Positions 50,935 to 60,342 of a stretch of 64,000 nt of DNA are shown here, piece after piece. The stretch comes from a virus (lineage: Duplodnaviria; Caudoviricetes), in the IMG/VR virus record IMGVR_UViG_3300012979_000036, positions 12,034 to 76,033 of that record; one strand, given 5' to 3'. The notes under the pieces were generated by a model. It had not been told where the DNA came from. It ran no database searches and saw only the letters and a program-made list of their open reading frames with translations. The number at the start of each line of letters is the position of its first letter. The stretch's first letter is position 1. The translations under genes and the position numbers were made by a program.

Positions 50935-52434
50935 TTATCGAAGGATTGCAGGAATCATTCGCATAGTTCTAGTAGGATCAAGGATGCAAACACCAAGAGT
51001 TCCCATTCTATGCATTACTGCCTTATCCTCGTCAAATGACATATAAGGATTATTAGTAGAACCATTAAATGGATTTCTAATACCCCACTGATAGCCCCAA
51101 TACTCAGGATTACCCTTAATAGCAGTCTTAAAGATATTAGGCTGCTCTGCAGTACCTAAATCAAAGATGTCATATACATAAGACTGTGCTACACCACCGT
51201 TAGGATGAGTAATCTTATTACGGATTGGATCATCGTAAGCTGGATCGATTTCTACAGAAACCTTAATACCATTAGGTGCAATATACTTAGTAAACTGAAT
51301 ATTTTTAAGAGTATAGTTCTCACCATTCTTAGATACTACTCCAAGGTTGTCACCGCTATACTCAAACTCTGACCAACCTGACATTGCAGACTTAGCAGCT
51401 CTGTTAAACTGAAGAGCACCAAACTCACCAGTTCTAATCATGAATTCTCTATCCTTGAAATCAAGTTTACCAGCAGAGAATCCTGTAAGAACTTCCTCAA
51501 GGAATGCAAGTGAGAAATGAGTATAAGGAATAATATTACCACGCTCCATCTGTGCATAGAGACCATCACCCATACGAATTACCTCACCTGACTTACCGAA
51601 GTTAAGATACTCACCATTAGCATTTCTGTTAGAAACACCATAAGCATAAGCATTATTCTTATACTCCTGCCACTGCTTATTAAACTCGTATTCCTCATAG
51701 TGCATCCACATTGGCTGAGTTGACTTAACCATCTTACCATCAACTTCCTTAACCATTGGAACACCGAATGCAATCTTCTTATTTAAAAGACCGCCAGAAA
51801 CAGTATCTTGAATACGAATAGTAGTCCACTCATTACGCATTGAAGTAGGAGCTACATGGCGTACACCACCAACTTTACGAGAGAGTTCCTTCTCTACTGG
51901 AGCAAAACCAACTGAGAAACGCTCACCAAGTTGAAGCAATGCACCTGGCATACCGCTAAGAGTACCATTAGCAAGCTCAACAGTTACTACTACATTTGTT
52001 CCTTCATAACGAGGATTACCCTTAATCAAAAGAGGATACTTCTCATTTCTAGAACCATAGATAATTTCACCATCAAAGAACCAATCCTCACCAAATACAA
52101 GATAGAACTGTTCGTTACCTACACCTGCGAATACTTCATCGCCAGCACCAATTACAGTACCTGAAAGGTCTCTTGCCTCTACAAGAGGAATATTCCTTCT
52201 TGAAGCACCAATTACATCCCAGTAGTACTCATCGTCAGTTTCAAACTCTTTAGTAGGAAACATATTAAGAGTTGATTCGAGAGTCTTTGCATAATTTCTA
52301 GCAAGGAGTTCTACAACAAAATTAGACGCTTTCTGTGGTGCAGAATGATACATTGTGCTAATGTGGTTGAGCTTTGTAATCTCTGACTTCCAAGCAGTAA
52401 AAGGTCTACTAATCTGATATTTACTTAAAGCCAT
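50935..52434 (-). CDS. Major capsid protein (crAss-type HK97 fold)
   Basis: 499 aa; D.EYYW.VIG, R..GDGL..Q, FMIRTGE.G..QF, G.RNPF, DPTR motifs; high-expression codon bias. Confidence 0.9.
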   Translation of the reverse strand: MALSKYQISRPFTAWKSEITKLNHISTMYHSAPQKASNFVVELLARNYAKTLESTLNMFPTKEFETDDEYYWDVIGASRRNIPLVEARDLSGTVIGAGDEVFAGVGNEQFYLVFGEDWFFDGEIIYGSRNEKYPLLIKGNPRYEGTNVVVTVELANGTLSGMPGALLQLGERFSVGFAPVEKELSRKVGGVRHVAPTSMRNEWTTIRIQDTVSGGLLNKKIAFGVPMVKEVDGKMVKSTQPMWMHYEEYEFNKQWQEYKNNAYAYGVSNRNANGEYLNFGKSGEVIRMGDGLYAQMERGNIIPYTHFSLAFLEEVLTGFSAGKLDFKDREFMIRTGEFGALQFNRAAKSAMSGWSEFEYSGDNLGVVSKNGENYTLKNIQFTKYIAPNGIKVSVEIDPAYDDPIRNKITHPNGGVAQSYVYDIFDLGTAEQPNIFKTAIKGNPEYWGYQWGIRNPFNGSTNNPYMSFDEDKAVMHRMGTLGVCILDPTRTMRMIPAILR

Positions 52435-52453
52435 AAATAAATTTATTTATTAA

Positions 52454-53614
52454 TTATTTAACATCAGGAACCCAACCACCTAGACCAAAGTAAGAATCAT
52501 CGTCATCAGCATGTTTAGAAGTAACAAACCTTAAACTACCGTCAGAATTTCTACTAGAACTATTAATAGTGTTTTCTAAATTCTTGAGTCCCTTTTTAAC
52601 TTCTTTATTTACTTTGCCTTTAACTAAACCATCAAGGTTTTTAAATCCATCAGTAAGTGTATAAATAAGACCTACATATTTCATAAAATCAATATGATTT
52701 TCTTGCTCATACTTTTGAATAGCTGTTAGCATTTCTCCAGTATCAGGGTCTTTATAAACAGGTTTACTGATATTGTCGTAAATTTTCTTTCTAGAAGCTT
52801 TATCTACAACTAAATCATTAAAGGCTTTATCGTCTTCAAGAATTGACTTCCTAAGAGTATCTGCTTCTTTCTTCTGATCTGCTACACGTTTAGCTTCAGC
52901 ATCTTTAGCTTCTTTAATAATAGAATCATATCCTTCTTTAAAGAAATCTTTATTAGACTGAAGTGCTTCTTTAGCATCATCAATATCACTACCAGCATTG
53001 AAAGATTTAGTTACTTCCCTAGTTGCCCTTTCTTTACTATATCCTCTGTTAATAAAATCTTGATAAATTAACTGCTTTCTGAGATTCTCTCCTTTTTCAG
53101 ATTCATCTGAAATAGCATCATCATTAATACTATCCAAATAATCAAGAGTTCTCTCATACTGTTGAATAGCAGTTGGTTCAACACCCACACCTAAAGCTTC
53201 ATTAATTCTTTTTTGCTTCTCATCAAATCTAGCTTGAATTTGAGATTCAATTAATTGAGCAAAATCTTCAGGTGTTTCAGTCTTATCAAGAACATCATCA
53301 TCAAGGTCAGGAAGGATACCATCTTCTTTCAAAGCTTTGGCAATGGAAGAGTAGAAGTTATTGGGAGAAGTACCGTTCTTATCAGAAGCAGTATCCTCCA
53401 TCTCTTGGTTATCTTCTTCACTACCTACGCTCTCTGGTGACTCCGAATCATCTTCTTTAGTAAAGATGTCATCAACATCTACCTCAGTAGTATCAACATT
53501 CTTATTTTCTCCTTTCTCAGGAGGAGATTCCTGTGAATCATCTGTATCATCACTAAACAATGATGATATTTCATCCTCATTAAGGATGCTATCCAAATTA
53601 AATTCTTCTCCCAT
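52454..53614 (-). CDS. Acidic scaffold-like protein upstream of the MCP
   Basis: Very acidic N-terminus and a helical coiled-coil body; immediately upstream of the MCP. Confidence 0.6.
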   Translation of the reverse strand: MGEEFNLDSILNEDEISSLFSDDTDDSQESPPEKGENKNVDTTEVDVDDIFTKEDDSESPESVGSEEDNQEMEDTASDKNGTSPNNFYSSIAKALKEDGILPDLDDDVLDKTETPEDFAQLIESQIQARFDEKQKRINEALGVGVEPTAIQQYERTLDYLDSINDDAISDESEKGENLRKQLIYQDFINRGYSKERATREVTKSFNAGSDIDDAKEALQSNKDFFKEGYDSIIKEAKDAEAKRVADQKKEADTLRKSILEDDKAFNDLVVDKASRKKIYDNISKPVYKDPDTGEMLTAIQKYEQENHIDFMKYVGLIYTLTDGFKNLDGLVKGKVNKEVKKGLKNLENTINSSSRNSDGSLRFVTSKHADDDDSYFGLGGWVPDVK

Positions 53615-53642
53615 ATTTTTTTTTATTTTTAAAAACTAGATG

Positions 53643-53650
53643 CAAAGTTA
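53643..53650 (-). promoter_or_regulatory. -7 box (TAACTTTG) for the scaffold/MCP operon
   Basis: TAnnTTTG with a TTG about 20 nt upstream; 29 nt before the ATG. Confidence 0.65.
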
Positions 53651-53705
53651 CAATTTTTTTAAAAACGTGTCAATCTTATTAGTAAATTAATAACAGTATA
53701 TAAAT

Positions 53706-53736
53706 AAAAAGAGTAATAGATTTCTCTATTACTCTT
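53706..53736 (-). terminator. Intrinsic terminator closing the 56231-53746 operon
   Basis: AAGAGTAATAGA/TCTATTACTCTT 12-bp stem plus a U-tract on the - strand. Confidence 0.8.
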
Positions 53737-53745
53737 GATACAATA

Positions 53746-54288
53746 CTACTCAAAGTAGTCCATCAGTTTGTTTCCTTGATAATCATCATCTTTAAACCAA
53801 AATGCAATAGCTAACATTATGGCTTTTTCATCTATATTACTACCAAACCAAGATTTAAGTACACTACAAAAATCATGATAGGTAGCATTAATAGCTACAT
53901 AAACATCTTCAGGAGAAGCTTTAGTAACAAATTCATCTTTATATTTTCTAAATACTTCTTCGGCTTTCTTCATATCAAAGTGTTCTCCTGTATGTCTACG
54001 ATTCATATCATAATGATACATCTCAGAAACTATTTCCTTAGCTTCCATTTCATCGAAGTTTCCTTCCATAGAACCTTTAGCATATCTAGCTTTAAAAGAA
54101 TCTTCATAATCCATATCCCAATCATGACGACCATATTCCATATCATCCCATTGAGATTCTTTATGCCTCATTCCTCCTCTAGATTTACCTCTAGCTCTCA
54201 TGTACTTTTTGAAATCGTGAACGAGCTTTTCATCATCTCCTCTCATACCTTTATTTCTAAGGTATTCTAAAAGCATATAATCACTCAT
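53746..54288 (-). CDS. Hypothetical protein (Met/Asp/Tyr-rich linker, helical C-domain)
   Basis: 180-aa ORF; DVYVAINATYHDF...FWFKDDD. Confidence 0.7.
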   Translation of the reverse strand: MSDYMLLEYLRNKGMRGDDEKLVHDFKKYMRARGKSRGGMRHKESQWDDMEYGRHDWDMDYEDSFKARYAKGSMEGNFDEMEAKEIVSEMYHYDMNRRHTGEHFDMKKAEEVFRKYKDEFVTKASPEDVYVAINATYHDFCSVLKSWFGSNIDEKAIMLAIAFWFKDDDYQGNKLMDYFE

Positions 54289-54670
54289 AAGAACTGTTGT
54301 TTTCGGTAAATAATTCTTTTAATACATCTAAATCTGTTTTGCCTAGTACAATCTGATTATTAGTAAAAGGAATATTCATTTTAATCATTCCTCCTCCTAT
54401 CTCTAAATCTCCTAAAAATTCTGTATGTAAAATAAAAGGTTTTGTTGTTGATACACTTTGAATCATTTCAGGAATTAAAGATTGCACATCAATATTACCA
54501 GATTCGTCAGCTATTAAAGAAAGGAAACCCTCTGCTTTGTAGATATTATTATTAATAGCTCTTAAGATAACAGGTTTTGTAAAACTGATCAAAGGATTAT
54601 TTAAAGCAAGACTATTAATTCTTCCGTTTAAATATATTTTAAGTTTTTCAATAGTTTCAATAGTATTCAT
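54281..54670 (-). CDS. Hypothetical protein
   Basis: 129-aa ORF, translationally coupled. Confidence 0.65.
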   Translation of the reverse strand: MNTIETIEKLKIYLNGRINSLALNNPLISFTKPVILRAINNNIYKAEGFLSLIADESGNIDVQSLIPEMIQSVSTTKPFILHTEFLGDLEIGGGMIKMNIPFTNNQIVLGKTDLDVLKELFTENNSSYE

Positions 54671-54672
54671 GG

Positions 54673-55149
54673 TTATTTAATAGCTTTTAAAAATTCATCA
54701 TAAGTTACATTTGGGTTAGTCTTGCTAAACTCCTTAAACTGTTTAAATAATGCAACTTCTCTATCAGTATCTTCTATGATTTTAGTTTTAAGTTTCTTTA
54801 AAATATCTAATTGATTTCTTAAAAGTTGATTTCCTTCAGTACTACTCTCAATTTTATATTTAACTAAATTGAGGATTTCAGCATTAACTAATTCTTGAAT
54901 TCTCGAATATATTTTAATGTATTCTTCGTTTTCAAATAGTTTTTGAATTTGAGCTGGACTTAAAACTTTAATTTCAGCATCAATTTCATTCCATATAACA
55001 GTTTGAGGTATAGCTTGAGGGTTCAGTTGTTTCATAGACTCCAATGATTGCCTACGCAATTCTAGTTGTCTTAACTGCTCTTCTATATTATATCCTTGAG
55101 CTCCTAAAAGAGGGTCTCCTCCTATATTAATCTGACTAACTGGTATCAT
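54673..55149 (-). CDS. Hypothetical coiled-coil protein
   Basis: 158-aa ORF, Gln/Leu-rich helices. Confidence 0.65.
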   Translation of the reverse strand: MIPVSQINIGGDPLLGAQGYNIEEQLRQLELRRQSLESMKQLNPQAIPQTVIWNEIDAEIKVLSPAQIQKLFENEEYIKIYSRIQELVNAEILNLVKYKIESSTEGNQLLRNQLDILKKLKTKIIEDTDREVALFKQFKEFSKTNPNVTYDEFLKAIK

Positions 55150-55159
55150 ATTAAATTAA

Positions 55160-56231
55160 TTAAGCACCTGCTACTACTCTAGGACAACCACACTGGTTGG
55201 CTCCAACATATCCTGTTACAGTAGGAGTAGAAGGTAATACTACTTCACCATAAATTACATTGCAAGTCTTTTTGTCTGTGTAGTTAATTCCTGCAGTAAA
55301 GGCTTTATCAATCTCGCACTGTATAAGCTTGTCTTGGTAAGGACGGACAGCAGAGTTGATAGCAACCATAGCTTTGAGATCACAAAGCTCCTTCTTAATC
55401 TCATCATCTTTGTCACGAGTTTCTTTGTAAAGACTGAAGATCTCATTAGTAATCCTATTATTAGTAAGGTCATTAGCATCTCTCTGTGATTTATACAAAC
55501 CAAAGTCTGCATCAATTTGGCTCTTATAAACACCAAACAATTCAGAATTTAAAGTTTGTCTGTCCATAAATCTTTGATTTTGATCTAAAAGAGCATAATC
55601 ATAAAGAGCTTTCTGTGCATTAAAAACGTCAGCATTTTCTTTTGCTAATACATCAAATACTGAAGGAACGTATCCCCAAGAAGCACCAGATGTACCTAAA
55701 GTGTTAATGTTTACATTTTCAGGAGTTGAAGCACTACCAAAAAGATTGAGTCCACCAAGACCACCATTCTTTGCTAATGCAAAAAGACCTAATGCAGTAC
55801 CAGCAATTCCTACAATATGTTCACATAGAGTCGTTAATTCTATGCAGTTCTCTTATGAACTTCTGTATGTCACCATACAGTTCAGACTATATCTTCATTT
55901 GTAAATTAATTACAAAGTCCCCCATTTCCACTCACTTGAGTGTATGCCTCAGAATTTTCTGAGGACTTACTAGTCGTTGAACCTTCAATATTACTATTGC
56001 TTGGCTGCTGATTGTCTTAATATAATTAAGAGTTTCCAGCAATTAAGGGGATTTTACTTGACCTAGTTAATTTAAGCCAAGGCCAGCACCAGCAACGCCA
56101 CGGCTAGCAGGAATAAAAGGGCGAGCGCCCCAAGAATTACCACAAGAGTTGTAAGGATAACCGCAATCATAAGATTTACGCCAATATTCAACAGGAACTT
56201 CCTTTACTGTCTCTTTCTCAATAATGTCCAT
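55160..56231 (-). CDS. Glycine-zipper protein, intron-split: complement(join(55160..55812,56075..56231)), 269 aa
   Basis: Exon 1 MDIIEKETVKEVP...GVAGAGLG + exon 2 LGIAGTALGLFALAKNGG... runs in frame into track ORF 55160..55567 (157+653=810 nt). Confidence 0.85.
55813..56074 (-). ncRNA. ORF-less group I intron D (262 nt)
   Basis: Exon CTTGGCT pairs with IGS GGTCAAG (U.G at the splice site); P10 TAG/CTA; P3 TCCCC/GGGGA; P4 TGCTGG/TCAGCA; P7 GACTA/TAGTC; ends in G55813. Confidence 0.92.
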
Positions 56232-56285
56232 AATTTAATTTTGTTAAGTTCGTTATTATTCGTTTTATCTGTAAGCTTACGGGTG

Positions 56286-56293
56286 CAAAGATA
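56286..56293 (-). promoter_or_regulatory. -7 box (TATCTTTG) for the glycine-zipper operon
   Basis: TAnnTTTG 54 nt upstream of ATG 56231, just after a terminator. Confidence 0.6.
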
Positions 56294-56324
56294 TTACACA
56301 TTTATTTCAAAAACTATTTATACC

Positions 56325-56358
56325 AAAAAACCCTGTCTAGTAGGCACTAAACAGGGTT
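56325..56358 (-). terminator. Intrinsic terminator
   Basis: AACCCTGT...TAGT/ACTA...ACAGGGTT stem with a U-tract on the - strand. Confidence 0.75.
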
Positions 56359-56370
56359 TATTAGGTATTT

Positions 56371-56703
56371 TTATACCATGTGTTTATTTAAAGATTTCAT
56401 AATTTGTTCGTAGATGTATGTATGTAAATATTGATCTACTTCATCATTATCTCTCATAGGAGTATATCCTATATATTTCCAAATTAAATTTTTAATATGA
56501 CCTGCTTCATGAACAACAGATGAAGCATGTTTAGGAGTACAACATACAATACAATGATCGTTATAATCTATTGTTACTCCTCTACTGGAATCTTTATAAA
56601 TGTCTTCTGGAATATAACCTTTTAAATCTTCCCAATTATCAAATATCAATATCACTATTGGATAATCGAATATCGGTACTAAGTGTTTTCTTTTTGTTAT
56701 CAT
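56371..56703 (-). CDS. Small protein with an HExxH (zincin-like) motif
   Basis: SSVVHEAGHI...NDE...YL. Confidence 0.6.
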   Translation of the reverse strand: MITKRKHLVPIFDYPIVILIFDNWEDLKGYIPEDIYKDSSRGVTIDYNDHCIVCCTPKHASSVVHEAGHIKNLIWKYIGYTPMRDNDEVDQYLHTYIYEQIMKSLNKHMV

Positions 56704-57007
56704 ACTTTTTTAAGTATTCATCTAAATCCTTCTTAAACCACACAGGACCTTTACCAGGAACTTTATGGCCTTTAGGGAGAATACCACTATTAACCTTAGC
56801 ATCAAAAGAAGATCTACTTATTCTTAAATACTGATAAGCTTCTGTTCTACAATACTCTTTTTGTTTTTCTCTGTTAGCATTTATAGTATCTGTAATATCT
56901 AAAAACTTATCAATTACTATACACATATCTTCTTCTGTAAGATTAGAATTAGAAATTAGAAACTCCCTTAAAGAAGTATCTAGCAATTTGTTAATTAAAT
57001 TTCTCAT
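56639..57007 (-). CDS. DNA-binding protein with a C-terminal excisionase/AlpA-like HTH
   Basis: EAYQYLRISRSSFDAKVNSGILPKG...WFKKDLD. Confidence 0.65.
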   Translation of the reverse strand: MRNLINKLLDTSLREFLISNSNLTEEDMCIVIDKFLDITDTINANREKQKEYCRTEAYQYLRISRSSFDAKVNSGILPKGHKVPGKGPVWFKKDLDEYLKKYDNKKKTLSTDIRLSNSDIDI

Positions 57008-57017
57008 GTTATTGTGA

Positions 57018-57404
57018 TTATATGCTTTTATCTTTTAAATATAAATATAATACCATAAACACAGTCAACCCAAATAATACACTATGTATTACAATATATG
57101 ACCAAATATTTATAGTAATTTCAAATTCATATCCTATTATACTTAATAAATTAGTAAGTAATATATAGTGTAAAGGTAATCTATGATATTCACAAAATTG
57201 AAACACATAAGAAGAAATGTATATAAAAAATAAAGGTATAAAAGAAATTCCCGAAATATAACTTAATATATTTAAATTAACCCCCACTAAATTAAGTAAA
57301 ATATTAATGAAGTAAATTAAAGCCATTAAAGATGGTAATATCTTTAATAATTTAATTTCTATGAAGTATAAATTTTTATTTAATTGTTTTTGTTTTCCCT
57401 CCAC
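57018..57404 (-). CDS. Multi-pass membrane protein
   Basis: About 4 hydrophobic helices in 128 aa; CEYHRLPLHYI loop. Confidence 0.7.
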   Translation of the reverse strand: MEGKQKQLNKNLYFIEIKLLKILPSLMALIYFINILLNLVGVNLNILSYISGISFIPLFFIYISSYVFQFCEYHRLPLHYILLTNLLSIIGYEFEITINIWSYIVIHSVLFGLTVFMVLYLYLKDKSI

Positions 57405-57498
57405 ATTTATAAGATTGTTTAGGATTTTTAGTTACTCCTGCTCTGGGTATCAATTTAGGAGCAATAGATACTTTTCTAGATTTAGTTTTCTTAGCCAT
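57376..57498 (-). CDS. 40-aa basic peptide (not in the ORF track)
   Basis: MAKKTKSRKVSIAPKLIPRAGVTKNPKQSYKCGGKTKTIK*; ATG 2 nt after the upstream stop. Confidence 0.6.
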   Translation of the reverse strand: MAKKTKSRKVSIAPKLIPRAGVTKNPKQSYKCGGKTKTIK

Positions 57499-57500
57499 AA

Positions 57501-58214
57501 TTATACTGTTTCTAATGTTGCAATTCTACCATCTAAATCAGCAAGAATTGCATTTAAATCCACTTCTTTTTCTTTTACTACTGAACCATCCGATCCAAAT
57601 CTATAATGTGCATTAACTCCTTCTGCTGTAGTAATATGGCCTTCTCCTCCTCTATTAGGAATAAATTTGCCAACTCCTATGCCAGCATCAATGTTAACTG
57701 TAAAATGATCTCCTAATTGAAGATAAGCAGATGTTAATCTTTCAAGATTCTTTTCTGCTTCAGTACTACCAGAAGTGCATACATCAAGTATTACTTCTGT
57801 TCCTATAAATTCACAATCAACAGTAAATCTTTTAGAAATAACTCCTGTATCAAAATTAACATCCCACAAAGTTATTTCATTATTATAAAAAGAACTAATT
57901 GTACCATTATAATATGTACCATGAATAATTTCTTCATCAGATACTTTATAATTACATATATAATTAGTTGTTAAATTTAATGGTTTGAGTAGTTCTAAAT
58001 TATTAGAAGCATCCTGACTAAACTCTAAAACAGACATTTTGTGACCATCAAGTGTTTCAATTAAAGTAGTCATTACTTCATCTGTCATTGTTTTAACTAC
58101 AGGATACCATTTACCTTTTCTAAAAATATTTAAAGACTTACCATCATCCCACAAACAATTAGTTGATTTTGGAGGTAATGATTGTCTTATAATTGTATTA
58201 TCTATTCGTTTCAT
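57501..58214 (-). CDS. Hypothetical (possibly structural) protein
   Basis: 237 aa; PPKSTNCLW N-terminus and a coiled-coil C-terminus (LDGRIATLE). Confidence 0.6.
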   Translation of the reverse strand: MKRIDNTIIRQSLPPKSTNCLWDDGKSLNIFRKGKWYPVVKTMTDEVMTTLIETLDGHKMSVLEFSQDASNNLELLKPLNLTTNYICNYKVSDEEIIHGTYYNGTISSFYNNEITLWDVNFDTGVISKRFTVDCEFIGTEVILDVCTSGSTEAEKNLERLTSAYLQLGDHFTVNIDAGIGVGKFIPNRGGEGHITTAEGVNAHYRFGSDGSVVKEKEVDLNAILADLDGRIATLETV

Positions 58215-58639
58215 ATTATTTTAATTGTAATTTTTTCTTTTTTAAGTTTAGTTTGTTTTAACAATTTTGTAAGCTCAATTTCGTATTTAGTTGAATTTAA
58301 TACTTTTCCTTTTTCTTTATTTTCCCCCGTGAGTAAACAACCAGAGGTATCGGATATATCATTTCCACGATGCATCCTAATACCTTCAAAATGAGGAACA
58401 TTTAATAAGATAGGTAATTCTCTTTTAAATTTAGGAGAGTAAGTAACATCTACTTCATAAGTACCATAAGGTATAGCAGTATGTCCTTTAATTTTAAATT
58501 CTCCACAATCAAAAGTACCATTCTTATTTAAATCAACTACTTTATCCTCTAATATATTACAAAAAAATACACCATCAACATATAAATTGCCGATAGTGTA
58601 TTTATTTTTTATCCATTTACGTTCTAGTAATAGTTCCAT
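58211..58639 (-). CDS. DUF5675-family putative cell-wall peptidase (endolysin candidate)
   Basis: TIGNLY, LED, TAIPYGTY, SPKF, GIRMHRGN...DT.GCLL.G. Confidence 0.8.
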   Translation of the reverse strand: MELLLERKWIKNKYTIGNLYVDGVFFCNILEDKVVDLNKNGTFDCGEFKIKGHTAIPYGTYEVDVTYSPKFKRELPILLNVPHFEGIRMHRGNDISDTSGCLLTGENKEKGKVLNSTKYEIELTKLLKQTKLKKEKITIKII

Positions 58640-58982
58640 CGCTATTAACTTTTATACCATATTTTGATAAATCTACACTACCAATTTCAGTTTGTAGAAT
58701 TCTCAATAGCAAATCCACTTGAGCTTTTAAGTTTTGAACTTCAATAAGTAATTTGAGATTGCTTTCGGCTAATTTTTCTGAACGCTCAAGTATATCTGAA
58801 AGAATCTTATTGTTACTATTACTTAATTTCTCATAGAACTCTAACGAGCATTCCATGTTTTCAATGTTGTTATGATCTACTTCTGAATGATATTTCTTTC
58901 TAGAAAATAACCAAGTTATAAAACCTGTTAATCCAGAAGCAACCACACCAACAATAGCAGTTGTAAATATATTCCAATCCAT
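58617..58982 (-). CDS. Holin-like protein (one N-terminal TM, coiled coil)
   Basis: IVGVVASGLTGFITWLFSRKKY; lies between the spanin-like and endolysin-like genes. Confidence 0.55.
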   Translation of the reverse strand: MDWNIFTTAIVGVVASGLTGFITWLFSRKKYHSEVDHNNIENMECSLEFYEKLSNSNNKILSDILERSEKLAESNLKLLIEVQNLKAQVDLLLRILQTEIGSVDLSKYGIKVNSDGTITRT

Positions 58983-59584
58983 TATTCTATTATTACAAAT
59001 TTACTTTCTTTTATTTCACTATAAGGATTAGCATCCACAACTTCTACTCTGATTACATTGTATTTCTTTTGAAATAATCTCCCTATAAAACACTTTTTAG
59101 GTGTTCCTAAAATTTCTTTATTAGAATATGCAAATACACTTAAATCGCTCTTATAAGATGTTTCAACTTTAATAGTTGAAGGATATTCTAATTCAACTTT
59201 TATATTATACCATTTATTAGTAATACTAGTGTCTAACTTTACAAAGTTATCCCTAAAAATAGTATCTTTTATAAAAATACTATCTTTAGTTTGAACTTCT
59301 GTTTTTATAGATTGCATTTGAAGTATTTGCTTATCCTTTATTTTAAGTTCTTTTCTAGTAGCATTTAAATCTTCTATAATAGAATCGTTTAACATTTCTA
59401 GCTCTTCTATATTTAATTTATAGGCTATCAAACTGTTATTTAAACTATCTCTTTCAAGACTTAAAGCTTTGAGATTATTATCATATTGAATGACTTTATC
59501 TGTTAGTCTTTCATTTAAAACAATAAGAACTACAAAAACACTACAAACAGCTAATATTGCTAAAATTTTATATAGTATTTTCAT
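58982..59584 (-). CDS. Inner-membrane spanin-like protein
   Basis: N-terminal TM anchor, long coiled coil and beta-rich C-terminus; part of the lysis cassette. Confidence 0.55.
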   Translation of the reverse strand: MKILYKILAILAVCSVFVVLIVLNERLTDKVIQYDNNLKALSLERDSLNNSLIAYKLNIEELEMLNDSIIEDLNATRKELKIKDKQILQMQSIKTEVQTKDSIFIKDTIFRDNFVKLDTSITNKWYNIKVELEYPSTIKVETSYKSDLSVFAYSNKEILGTPKKCFIGRLFQKKYNVIRVEVVDANPYSEIKESKFVIIE

Positions 59585-59874
59585 TACTTATAATATACTT
59601 CGATAGAAGTAAGACAATCTTTAACAAGATTTGTTACTTCTATAAGCTCATCTGCATCAAGATTAGTAATATTAATTTTTGCTTTTCCAGATGACTGCTC
59701 AGTATAAGCACTAAAATAACAAATGCTCATATCATCTTTAGAGATAGAACCATTAGCAGAATCAAATTTAGAATCTGTTAAATATAATTTACAATCACCT
59801 GTAATTTTATAAGATCCATCAGTATAAACGAATGAACCTGTTTTCTTCTCATTTGTAATTTCAATAGTTCCCAT
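59584..59874 (-). CDS. Hypothetical protein
   Basis: 96-aa ORF, coupled to its neighbours. Confidence 0.6.
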   Translation of the reverse strand: MGTIEITNEKKTGSFVYTDGSYKITGDCKLYLTDSKFDSANGSISKDDMSICYFSAYTEQSSGKAKINITNLDADELIEVTNLVKDCLTSIEVYYK

Positions 59875-60329
59875 TATTCAAATAAATCTTTTAAACTTAT
59901 TAAATCTCTACCTGTTATATCAACATTAGCTTCTACACAAGTTTCAACAAAGTCATCTTGTTTTACTTTCTTAAGATTGAGTTCTACATCAACATTAAGT
60001 TGCTTTGAAGCCTCATTATTAAACTCCATCTCTAAATTAAGAATGTCTTTATATTCTGAAGTAATAGTTTTAATTAGATCCTTCTTAACATCTTCATTAG
60101 TTTCAGAATTAAATTTCTCTCTTAACTCATTAAGCTTTTGAATTTCTTCCTCTTTTCCTTCAAAGAGTCTTTTTTGAAGCTCTTTAACATCTTCCTCATA
60201 CTGTTTAGCAATATTATACATCTGAAGATGATTACTTATAACAGCACTTCTAACTTCTTTATTGGTAATTTTATTGATCTTAATATTACCAAGAAATCTA
60301 AAAATCTCAATAACTCTACTTTTTTTCAT
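59874..60329 (-). CDS. Hypothetical helical protein
   Basis: 151-aa charged coiled-coil ORF. Confidence 0.6.
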   Translation of the reverse strand: MKKSRVIEIFRFLGNIKINKITNKEVRSAVISNHLQMYNIAKQYEEDVKELQKRLFEGKEEEIQKLNELREKFNSETNEDVKKDLIKTITSEYKDILNLEMEFNNEASKQLNVDVELNLKKVKQDDFVETCVEANVDITGRDLISLKDLFE

Positions 60330-60342
60330 AAAAAATTAAAAT

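Noticed and set aside
47406-52434. Higher GC of the capsid genes as horizontal transfer
   Set aside because: The shift is at synonymous positions (AAG/GAG/CGT/TAC) in core structural genes, which fits high-expression codon bias rather than foreign origin.
55701-55962. Track ORFs 55701..55904 (+) and 55771..55962 (+)
   Set aside because: Antisense to intron D and exon 2; no coding signal.
5180-58394. Many 60-140 aa antisense or out-of-frame ORFs nested in large genes (e.g. 5180, 18449, 31751, 34102, 43575, 53361, 62396)
   Set aside because: Shadow ORFs typical of AT-rich coding strands, with no motifs or separate expression signals.
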